Below are positions 1-8,341 of a stretch of DNA of 64,000 nt, piece by piece. A program made the translations under genes and the position numbers. This DNA is from Bacteroidota bacterium (GTDB lineage Bacteria; Bacteroidota; Bacteroidia; NS11-12g; UBA955), in the NCBI GenBank assembly GCA_025354385.1, contig JANXMZ010000055.1:8350-72349 (forward strand), given 5' to 3'. The stretch's first letter is position 1; each line of letters starts with the position of its first letter. The notes under the pieces are model-generated. The model searched no databases. It saw nothing but the letters and a program-made list of their open reading frames with translations, and was not told the DNA's origin.

Positions 1-3000
1 TCTCATCAATTTCTAATGGGTTAGGCAACTGATGCATATCAATTTTCCCATTGGGTGTTAGCGAAAATTGCGCGACCTGCTTAAAAAAAATTGGAATCAT
101 GTAATTAGGCAGTTGCTTCGCTAGAAATATTTTCAATTCATCTTTGTCAATAGCTTGACTGCTTTTGAAATAGGCGACAATACTTTGCTCCCCATTCATA
201 TTTTGCCAAGTTTTAACAATTACAAGATCAATATTTTTATATTTTAAAATATTGTTTTCAATTTCACTCAACTCAATTCTATAGCCCCTAAGTTTTATCT
301 GATTGTCATTCCTGCCAATAAATTCAATATTTCCATCAGAATTCCATTTTCCTATATCTCCTGATTTGTATAAAATATCACCCTCTTTAAAAGGATTAGG
401 AATAAATTTTTCTTTTGTTAAGGTCGGTTGATTTAAATAACCTCGTGTAACACCTCTGCCACCTAAGAGTATTTCGCCTTCAATTCCAATTGGCACCAAT
501 TTACAAAACTTATCTACAATATAGGCTGTGCTATTATTGATTGGTTTGCCGATTGGAATATTTTGCAATTCACTTTCTATAGAATATGTAAGGGAAAAGG
601 TCGTATTTTCTGTTGGACCATAGCCATTAATAATTTTTAATTGCGGATAAAATTTTCTGAGTTTATTGATGTGCACCGGCGATAATTTATCACCGCCTGC
701 TAACAAATAATCCAAATTAGAAAATAAAGAAATATCTGCTTCTATTAATTGATTTAACCAACCAGAGGTAAACCACATAATTTTAACATTATGTTTTTTA
801 ATTTCTTGAGAAAGTAACTTAATATTCAACAAGGTACTTTGAGGACAAATAACCAGCAAACCGCCATTGAGGAGCATACTCCAATATTCAAAAGTTGTTG
901 CATCGAAAGATAAAGCTCCTGTAGCTAAAAGAACAAGACTCGGTTTGAAGTCAATAAAATTGGGATTTACAACCAATCTAATCACATTTTTGTGCTCCAC
1001 CATAACCCCTTTGGGCAGCCCAGTTGAACCAGAAGTATAAATAACGTAGGCCAAATCATTCTCTGTATTTATTTTTTCAATATTATCCTTTGAATATTGA
1101 TTGATAATATTTTTGAATTTATTTAATTCAGTTTCATCTATTACAACTTTGCAATTGCAATCTTGTTTCAAATATTTAATGCGTTCTTCAGGATATTGTG
1201 GATCAATAGGAACATAAGCACCACCGCTCTTCAATAAACCAAGAATAGCAATCATCATCCACTCACTCCTCTCTAATTGAATACCTATTAAATCATTGGC
1301 TACAATTCCATATTCTTTGCGCAAATAATTGCCCAACTGATTGGCCTTTTCGTTTAACAATGTATAGGTCAATACTTCATTTTCGAAGACAATCGCTTTT
1401 TCTTGTGGCGATTTTATTACCTGTTGCTCAAATAAATCAATTATTGTAACCTTCTCAGGCAATATGATGTTTGTATTGTTAAATGTATGCAATAACTCGT
1501 GACGCTCGGCATCACTCATATATTCTAACGCATTTAATGGCAAGTCTGGTTCAAGTAATACGTTTTTTAATAAACTCTCAATATGAGCCGCCATTCTTTT
1601 AATGATTGCGTCATCAGTTAAATAGCCATTATATTCTATCTCTAATGAAATTCCATTATCCTTTTCTTCAAATTTAATTAACAAATCAAGTTCGAGATTA
1701 CTTTTGGTTTGTTCATTATCCTTGCTTTGATAAACAATTTTTACATCATAAAAAGGATTGCTATTTCCAGGGCGTTCAATTGATAAATCTGCCGATAATT
1801 TTTTTAATGAATAGTCTTGGTATTTGATTGCATCTCTGATATTATCTCGAGTAGATTGCAATAATTTGATGAAAGAATCATTGGGTTGGATAAAATTTCT
1901 AATGGCAACCTCAGATTTTGTATCTACAGATTGAAATCCTGTTATAAAATCCTCTTTTCCTGAATATTTATACAATAGGAAAATAGCAAGACAAGGATAT
2001 CCTTCCTTTTCACTCAATTGAAGATGTTCCAACAATTGCTTAAATATTTCCTTTAATTCCTTGTTTATTGGATTTTTGTAACTCTTCGCTAAAAATGCAT
2101 TGTCCAAAGAACGCTTTTTAAGCAGAGGAAATTCGAGTATTGGTAATTCTCCCTCAAAAATTTTAATCCAATACTTTTTTGATTGCTCTATATCAACAAT
2201 TGGGTTCTTTCTATCAATTCCAGGATGTTTATTAATGTGAATGAAACTTTGTAAAGCCTGATTCGGATTTGACACAATATAACGAAGCAGATTTTCGAAA
2301 TCTTGCATCATACGCTCAACGGTTTCCTTTTTGAATAATTGACTGTTATATGACCATTCTAATTGTATTTTACTTTTAGAACCCCAAACGTTTAAATACA
2401 ATTCAAAATTTTCGTATTCACGGGGGTTACTAAAAATATCAAAATTCAATTGATGGAAATCTGTATCACCTTCTATTTCCATATCAATATTAAAAACTAC
2501 TGGAACGAGAGGTATGCGAGACGACTGCCTTGGTATATTCAATTTATTTAGCAATGAACTAAACGTCAATCTCTGATGTTCGTATGCATCCAAAATTGAA
2601 GACTTCCTTGCTTTTAGGTATTCTGGGAAAGATAATTCTGTATTGGGATAACTTCTTATTGGCAATAAACTTACACAATGACCTACAAGGCCATAATAAC
2701 CCGACACCAATTGCCCTGCAGTAGGTAGGCCGATAATAATATCTTGTTGACCAGAGTATGAATGAAGGAATAATTCGAAAGAGGCTAATAGAGTATTAAC
2801 AAAACTGCAACCTTCTTTAATTCCTATATTTTTTAATTCTGCTACAAGTTGGTCATCCAAAACAAAATCTAATCTAGAACTTTTATAAGTTCTTGGAGAA
2901 GGTCTAGGAAAATCTGTTGGTATATTAAGTACTGGTATATTTTCTTTAAACTGTGCCAACCAAAAGTTTTCATTTTCACTATACTCATTGCTATTAGAAA

Positions 3001-3616
3001 AGCTTAATTGTTCTTTGGCATATTCGCTAAATAAATCAGGTTTAGGCAATACAGGGGTAATCTTTTGGCTGTAGGCTGAATAAAACTTGCTTAAATCTTG
3101 AATTAATAATCCTATCGACCATCCATCACAAATAATATGATGTGCTGTAACGGTGAAAAAATATTCTAGACTGCTTAATTTATATAACGAGAATTTAAAG
3201 AGTGGTCCATTTAATAAATCAAAAACATAAAGGACATCATTTAATTTTGATTGCTTAATCGCATTATCAAGCTCTGTTTGATTGTAATGTGAAATATCTT
3301 CAAAGTGATAATTAAATTTAATCTCCTTAAAAACAATCATTTTACTACCATCCTTGGTAAAAGCAGAACGAAGGGATTCATGCCTATTGACAAGTGACTT
3401 CAATGCTAGTTCGAAGGCTTCTAAATTTAACACACCCTCGAATTTAATCGAAAGTGATTCATTAAATGCCCTATTGGCATCATCTCCTCCTAATTTACAT
3501 GAAGTCCATATTTCTAATTGGGGTTCAATTGTATAAAATGAATTTTGAATTTCGGGCCCTTCGAATGGATTAAACTCTATGGCTTCAGAACTGTTAGAAA
3601 TTTTTTCTTTATTCAT
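1..3616 (-). CDS. Non-ribosomal peptide synthetase module, 5' part only (C domain / truncated C-lobe-like insert / A domain); gene continues beyond window start
   Basis: Absent from the ORF track because it has no stop inside the window. My translation of the minus strand from ATG 3616..3614 gives MNKEKISNSSEAIEFNPFEGPEI... No minus-strand ORF fragment is listed in 1..3616, so the frame stays open to the edge. Motifs: TAHHIICDGWS (HHxxxDG, nt ~3105-3135); A cores LAYVIYTSGSTGLPKGV, FDATTFE, NGYGPTENT, YKSGDIG, GRNDNQIKLRGYRIEL, LPNYMIP and NGKID (last ~35 nt). Same layout as the 3635..8341 product. Confidence 0.9.
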   Translation of the reverse strand, partial: MNKEKISNSSEAIEFNPFEGPEIQNSFYTIEPQLEIWTSCKLGGDDANRAFNESLSIKFEGVLNLEAFELALKSLVNRHESLRSAFTKDGSKMIVFKEIKFNYHFEDISHYNQTELDNAIKQSKLNDVLYVFDLLNGPLFKFSLYKLSSLEYFFTVTAHHIICDGWSIGLLIQDLSKFYSAYSQKITPVLPKPDLFSEYAKEQLSFSNSNEYSENENFWLAQFKENIPVLNIPTDFPRPSPRTYKSSRLDFVLDDQLVAELKNIGIKEGCSFVNTLLASFELFLHSYSGQQDIIIGLPTAGQLVSGYYGLVGHCVSLLPIRSYPNTELSFPEYLKARKSSILDAYEHQRLTFSSLLNKLNIPRQSSRIPLVPVVFNIDMEIEGDTDFHQLNFDIFSNPREYENFELYLNVWGSKSKIQLEWSYNSQLFKKETVERMMQDFENLLRYIVSNPNQALQSFIHINKHPGIDRKNPIVDIEQSKKYWIKIFEGELPILEFPLLKKRSLDNAFLAKSYKNPINKELKEIFKQLLEHLQLSEKEGYPCLAIFLLYKYSGKEDFITGFQSVDTKSEVAIRNFIQPNDSFIKLLQSTRDNIRDAIKYQDYSLKKLSADLSIERPGNSNPFYDVKIVYQSKDNEQTKSNLELDLLIKFEEKDNGISLEIEYNGYLTDDAIIKRMAAHIESLLKNVLLEPDLPLNALEYMSDAERHELLHTFNNTNIILPEKVTIIDLFEQQVIKSPQEKAIVFENEVLTYTLLNEKANQLGNYLRKEYGIVANDLIGIQLERSEWMMIAILGLLKSGGAYVPIDPQYPEERIKYLKQDCNCKVVIDETELNKFKNIINQYSKDNIEKINTENDLAYVIYTSGSTGLPKGVMVEHKNVIRLVVNPNFIDFKPSLVLLATGALSFDATTFEYWSMLLNGGLLVICPQSTLLNIKLLSQEIKKHNVKIMWFTSGWLNQLIEADISLFSNLDYLLAGGDKLSPVHINKLRKFYPQLKIINGYGPTENTTFSLTYSIESELQNIPIGKPINNSTAYIVDKFCKLVPIGIEGEILLGGRGVTRGYLNQPTLTKEKFIPNPFKEGDILYKSGDIGKWNSDGNIEFIGRNDNQIKLRGYRIELSEIENNILKYKNIDLVIVKTWQNMNGEQSIVAYFKSSQAIDKDELKIFLAKQLPNYMIPIFFKQVAQFSLTPNGKIDMHQLPNPLEIDE
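1520..2200 (-). other. Truncated condensation-domain C-terminal-lobe-like insert between C and A (module in partial gene); approximate bounds
   Basis: Own translation: KKYWIKIFEGELPILEFP...CLAIFLLYKYSGKEDFITG...LEIEYNGYLTDDAIIKRMAAHIESLL...PLNALEYMSDAERHELLHTFNNT. This resembles the post-HHxxxDG half of a C domain, but it is shorter and has no HHxxxDG. Confidence 0.55.
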
Positions 3617-3634
3617 TTAATACAGTTATTAAGC

Positions 3635-6600
3635 CTATTGAATTTCATTTAATACTTTTTGAAGTATTTGAGCGAATTCAATATTATTGGGCGGCATAAT
3701 CATCTCATCGTGATCGCCATTAACAATGTGTCTAACAATTCCCTTGGCCGCATAAGGTTTCCACCCTAAATGGATAGGATCTTCCTGATAGTATACTTTA
3801 TCAATAGATACAAAAAGATTGATAAGACCATCATAAGGCTCCAATTTGTATTTTTTTATAGCAATTGAATTCAATTCTATTGCCTTATCTATGTTTATGA
3901 AGGTTTCACTCAACTCTGATTTAATATGAATTCCAAATTTTGATTTCAAAGAGATGAATCGCAATTTCCAAAGCAATCCATAATATTCAAAAGTTTTTAG
4001 CGGACTTCTATAAATGGATTTTAAACTAAACCAAAGTATGGTTATAAATTGAGAAAATTGTCTGTTTAGTTTTTCGCTTAATGTATGAGATCTTTTGGCT
4101 TCATCAATGTTAAAATCAAAAATTGAAAGGGTCTTGACGTCCTTGCCCATATTTTTCAATTGTTTTGCCATTTCAAATGCGATAAGCCCTCCAGATGAGT
4201 GACCTGCTAATGCATACGGACCATCGGGATTTTGCAATAGCATCTCCGAAATGTAATAATTTGCCATCTTTTCTATGGAATCCAAAGGTTCATCAATACC
4301 ATCAATTCCTAAAGCCTGCAAGCCATACACAGGTTGATCTTCGTCTAAATATTTGCTTATGTGGTGAAAAACAATAACACCTAAACCACCTCCATGAACA
4401 ATATACAATGGCACTTTATTACCAGATGTTTTTATGGGAACCAAACATTTCCATTTTCGGGTCTTATCTTCTTTTTTGAGCAAGTTGGCCAACTTTTCTA
4501 TTGAAGAGTATTCAAATAAGGATGACATTGGCAATCTAATGCCAGTTTCATTTTCAATTCTAATAACTACCTTTATTGCAATTAGAGAATGTCCACCTAA
4601 TTCAAAAAAGTTTGCGGACTTATCAATATTTTCTATGGGTAGCAAGTCACTCCAAATTTTAGCAACCAACATCTCCTCTTTTGTTGACGATAAATTAAGA
4701 TGATCTGATTGAATAGGTTGAGTTTTTAATTCAATTTTACTTCTATCTATTTTACCACTCGGTAATAAAGGAATTAAATCTAATTGTTCATATTGCGAAG
4801 GCACCATATAACTTGGCAATTTAGAAGACAAAAATGCTCGAAGAAGATTAGTATCTATCATTTCATCTCCCACAAGATAAGCAACAAGTGATTGCTCATT
4901 TTCTGCTTCCCCTTTGGATGTTACCAAAACATTTAATATACCTTTAAATTGCAGTATCGCTTTTTCTATTTCACCGGCTTCTACCCTATAACCTCTTATT
5001 TTTAATTGAAAATCTTTTCTTCCTATAAAAACAATTCTACCATCTGCCAGCCAATAACCCAAATCACCGGTTTTATAAACCCTCTCATTTTTACGAAAAG
5101 GATTCTTTACGAATTTTTCTTTCGTTAATTCCTCGTTGTACAAATAGCCCCTTGCAACACCTTTACCTCCAATGTATAATTCCCCAGGAATTCCTATTGG
5201 TTGAATTTGGTAAAACTCGTCTAAAATATATGTTTGTGTATTCGAAATTGGTTTTCCAATTGGAATCACCTCCTCATCTTTCTCGACCTTGTTAGCTATA
5301 GTGCCGACTGTTGTTTCTGTTGGTCCATAATGATTTACAATTTCAATTTTATTAGTTCGTTCTTTAATTTTAGAAATGTCATTTCCAATTATTTTATCAC
5401 CACCAACAATTAATAACCTCAATCTTGAAGCACTGCAAAAAATATTAAAACTTTCTTCATCAGAAAGTATTAAATTAAGATGTGAAGGCGTTATTTTTAT
5501 AAAAGTTACGTTGTTATTCGAAATATAGTACGCTAATTCTTTTGGTGATTTTACTAATTCGTTAGGGATTACATAAAGCGCACTGCCAGATAATATTGAA
5601 CCAAATAAACTGGTATTAACACCATCAAAAGTAAAACTCGACAACAAAAGAGTGCCTTCATTATTTGCAATTTGAAACTCTGAAATAAACCAAGAATTAT
5701 AATTAATAATATTTCTATTTTCAACCATAACACCTTTTGGCTGTCCTGTGGAGCCAGAGGTGTATATTACATACGCAAGATCATTGGGAGTATTAATTTT
5801 TAGTAAATTATTCTTTGAATAATTATCGGCCAAAACTTCAAATTTTAAAAGTTCCTTTTCATCAATCACCACTTTACATTTGCTATTCTCTTTTAAATAG
5901 GCAATGCGCTCTAGGGGGTACTCCGGATCAATGGGAACATAAGCACCACCACTTTTCAAAACTGCTAAAATGGAAATTACTTGCCATTCACTTCGCTCAA
6001 GTTGAATCCCAATCAAATCATCAGGTTGAATTTCATATGTTTCCCGAAGATAGGCTCCAAGTTGGTTTGAGTGTTCATTTAACCCTGTATAATCAAGCTT
6101 TATATCTTTATAAACAACGGCTAGATTTTTTGGTGTTTTTAAAACTTGCGACTCAAATAATTCTACAATAGTGGTGTCTTCTGCAAAACCTACAAGATTA
6201 TTATTAAACGATTCAAGTATGTGATTTCGTTCTTCAACATTTATATATTCTAAGTAATTTAATGGTTGGTCTGGTGAATTCAACAATGCTTCCATTAATC
6301 CTTGAAAATGATACCCCATTTTTTCAATAACGGACTTATCAAATAATGTTTGGTTGTATTCTAGCTCCAAAACTGTTGAATTTTTTGAACCCAAGAATCT
6401 AAAAATTAAATCCAATCCGGAATTTACTGACTTAATTTTATGGTCAGTTCCTTGAACTTCTATTTTAATTGAATACAACTGCGGGCCATATTCGATTTGG
6501 CGTCTATTTAATTCAGTTTCAATATCGGCAACGGTAAAATCACCGTGCTTTAAACCCTCTCTTAAATTATTGGCAGATGATTGAAACAAGCTTAGAAAAG

Positions 6601-8341
6601 AATCATTGGGTTGAATAAAATTCCTTAATGCAATTAAAGATTCAGAACTGAATAATTTAATACCAGTAATAAAATCTTTCTCGCCTGAATATTTATATAG
6701 TAATAAGTTACATAAACAAACGTAACCTTCTTCCAAGCTTATAGAATAGTGGTCTAACTTTTCTTTAAAAGATAAAAGCAATGATTCACTTATTTTAAAT
6801 TGAACCAAAGAACTTTCAAATTTATTTTCTAAAGAAGTAGCTCTTCTAATTGGCAATTCTAAAACTGGAATTTTATCAGAGTACTTGTACAGCCAATATT
6901 TTTTAGATATTTCATAATGGGCTTCAGGATTATAGGCATTTCCTATAAATTCATTAAAACTATTTAATAATTTTTCTAGCTTCTGATTAGGATCGGAGAC
7001 AATTCTCTTTAACAATTGATTGAAAGTTTGAATCATTTCTTCTACTTTCTCTGGCTTAAATAATTGGCTATTATAAGACCATTCCAATTGAATATTCTTT
7101 TCACTGCCCCATACATTCAATGAAAATTCGAAATTTCGAAATTCTTTTTTATTGCTAATGGTTTTAAAAGTGAGTTGATCAAAATTAACACCATTGTCCA
7201 TTTCCATATCTACGTTAAAAACCACTGGTACCAAAGGAACTCTTGCAGGATCTCTTGAAATTTTTAAATTTTTTAGTAAACTTCCAAAAGTAAATTGCTG
7301 ATGATCATAGGCATCCAGAATTGCTAATTTTCTTTCTTTAAGATATTCAATAAAACTTAATGCCTCATTAATGTTACTTTTTAAGGGCAATAAATTTACG
7401 CAATGTCCAACCAAATTTAATCTACCTGAAGCAGATTGGTCAGCTGCAGGTAATCCTATCACAATATTCTTTTGTCCTGATATTTTTGCAATAAAAATTT
7501 CAAAAACTGCGAGCAATGTATTCACTAGGCTACAACCTTCTTTAATCCCTATTTTTTTTATTGATAGGGCAATTGTTTCCTCTAGTTTTGAATCAATGCG
7601 CTTACTTTTAAAGGTTCTATTTGTAGGTCTTGGGTAATCTATTGGCAGATTAAGGTTAGGGTTGATCTGCTTGTGTTGATTTACCCAATAGTCAATATTA
7701 TTTCTATAAATAGTCCCGTTCACAAATTCTTTCTGCTCATGCGCATATACGCTGAATAAATCAGGGGCTTCCAAATCAGGAAGTAAGTGCTTTTTAAAGG
7801 CAGAATACAATTTACTTAAATCTCGTAAAATAATACCCAATGACCAGCCATCACAAATTATGTGGTGCGCATTGAAAATAAAATAATGTTCGTCCTCATT
7901 TAATTTATAAAGTCTAAATTTAAATAGAGGCCCATTAACAAGGTCGAATACATGAAGTGCGTCTTCTAGCGTATATTGTTCGAGCAGACTTGCTACATCG
8001 CTGTTCGATTTTTGAGATAGGTCCTCAAACTTATAATCAAAAGCTACTTCCTTAAAAACAAGCATTTGTGTGCCATCTGAGTTAAATGCAGAGTGTAATG
8101 CTTCATGTCTGTATACAACAGCTAATAGAGCTTCCTCAAAAGACTTAACATCAAATTTTCCATTAAAATGGAGAGAGATTGATTCATTAAAACCTCTATT
8201 TGCATCATCTCCACCTAAAGCACATGAAAGCCATATTTCCAATTGCGATTCTGTGGCAGGGATAATAGAAACTATTTCGGCACCCACAAACGGATTAAAT
8301 TCGGTAGGATTAACAGATTGGGGATAATCCTTTGAACTCAT
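3635..8341 (-). CDS. Non-ribosomal peptide synthetase, terminating module: C / truncated C-lobe-like insert / A / PCP / thioesterase
   Basis: 1568-aa ORF. NAHHIICDGWS (aa 158-167). A cores: LAYVIYTSGSTGQPKGV, FDGVNTS, NHYGPTETT, YKTGDLG, GRKDFQLKIRGYRVE, LPSYMVP, SGKIDR. PCP FFELGGHSL (Ser1252). TE GHSSGG (Ser1382) and GDHDEM near the C-terminus. The ATG overlaps the upstream stop as ATGA (8338-8341). Confidence 0.95.
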   Translation of the reverse strand: MSSKDYPQSVNPTEFNPFVGAEIVSIIPATESQLEIWLSCALGGDDANRGFNESISLHFNGKFDVKSFEEALLAVVYRHEALHSAFNSDGTQMLVFKEVAFDYKFEDLSQKSNSDVASLLEQYTLEDALHVFDLVNGPLFKFRLYKLNEDEHYFIFNAHHIICDGWSLGIILRDLSKLYSAFKKHLLPDLEAPDLFSVYAHEQKEFVNGTIYRNNIDYWVNQHKQINPNLNLPIDYPRPTNRTFKSKRIDSKLEETIALSIKKIGIKEGCSLVNTLLAVFEIFIAKISGQKNIVIGLPAADQSASGRLNLVGHCVNLLPLKSNINEALSFIEYLKERKLAILDAYDHQQFTFGSLLKNLKISRDPARVPLVPVVFNVDMEMDNGVNFDQLTFKTISNKKEFRNFEFSLNVWGSEKNIQLEWSYNSQLFKPEKVEEMIQTFNQLLKRIVSDPNQKLEKLLNSFNEFIGNAYNPEAHYEISKKYWLYKYSDKIPVLELPIRRATSLENKFESSLVQFKISESLLLSFKEKLDHYSISLEEGYVCLCNLLLYKYSGEKDFITGIKLFSSESLIALRNFIQPNDSFLSLFQSSANNLREGLKHGDFTVADIETELNRRQIEYGPQLYSIKIEVQGTDHKIKSVNSGLDLIFRFLGSKNSTVLELEYNQTLFDKSVIEKMGYHFQGLMEALLNSPDQPLNYLEYINVEERNHILESFNNNLVGFAEDTTIVELFESQVLKTPKNLAVVYKDIKLDYTGLNEHSNQLGAYLRETYEIQPDDLIGIQLERSEWQVISILAVLKSGGAYVPIDPEYPLERIAYLKENSKCKVVIDEKELLKFEVLADNYSKNNLLKINTPNDLAYVIYTSGSTGQPKGVMVENRNIINYNSWFISEFQIANNEGTLLLSSFTFDGVNTSLFGSILSGSALYVIPNELVKSPKELAYYISNNNVTFIKITPSHLNLILSDEESFNIFCSASRLRLLIVGGDKIIGNDISKIKERTNKIEIVNHYGPTETTVGTIANKVEKDEEVIPIGKPISNTQTYILDEFYQIQPIGIPGELYIGGKGVARGYLYNEELTKEKFVKNPFRKNERVYKTGDLGYWLADGRIVFIGRKDFQLKIRGYRVEAGEIEKAILQFKGILNVLVTSKGEAENEQSLVAYLVGDEMIDTNLLRAFLSSKLPSYMVPSQYEQLDLIPLLPSGKIDRSKIELKTQPIQSDHLNLSSTKEEMLVAKIWSDLLPIENIDKSANFFELGGHSLIAIKVVIRIENETGIRLPMSSLFEYSSIEKLANLLKKEDKTRKWKCLVPIKTSGNKVPLYIVHGGGLGVIVFHHISKYLDEDQPVYGLQALGIDGIDEPLDSIEKMANYYISEMLLQNPDGPYALAGHSSGGLIAFEMAKQLKNMGKDVKTLSIFDFNIDEAKRSHTLSEKLNRQFSQFITILWFSLKSIYRSPLKTFEYYGLLWKLRFISLKSKFGIHIKSELSETFINIDKAIELNSIAIKKYKLEPYDGLINLFVSIDKVYYQEDPIHLGWKPYAAKGIVRHIVNGDHDEMIMPPNNIEFAQILQKVLNEIQ
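3647..4429 (-). other. Thioesterase (alpha/beta hydrolase) domain of the 3635..8341 NRPS
   Basis: aa ~1305-1565: LYIVHGGGL, GHSSGG nucleophile elbow, C-terminal GDHDEM histidine motif. Confidence 0.8.
6242..6910 (-). other. Truncated condensation-domain C-terminal-lobe-like insert between C and A (aa ~478-700)
   Basis: KKYWLYKYSDKIPVLELP...CLCNLLLYKYSGEKDFITG...VLELEYNQTLFDKSVIEKMGYHFQGLMEALLNSPDQPLNYLEYINVEERNHILESFNN. This parallels the second half of the preceding full C domain (DYWVNQH..NLPIDYPRP...LLAVFEIFIAKISGQKNIVIG...IQLEWSYNSQLFKPEKVEEMIQTFNQLL). It lacks the N-lobe and HHxxxDG. Confidence 0.6.
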
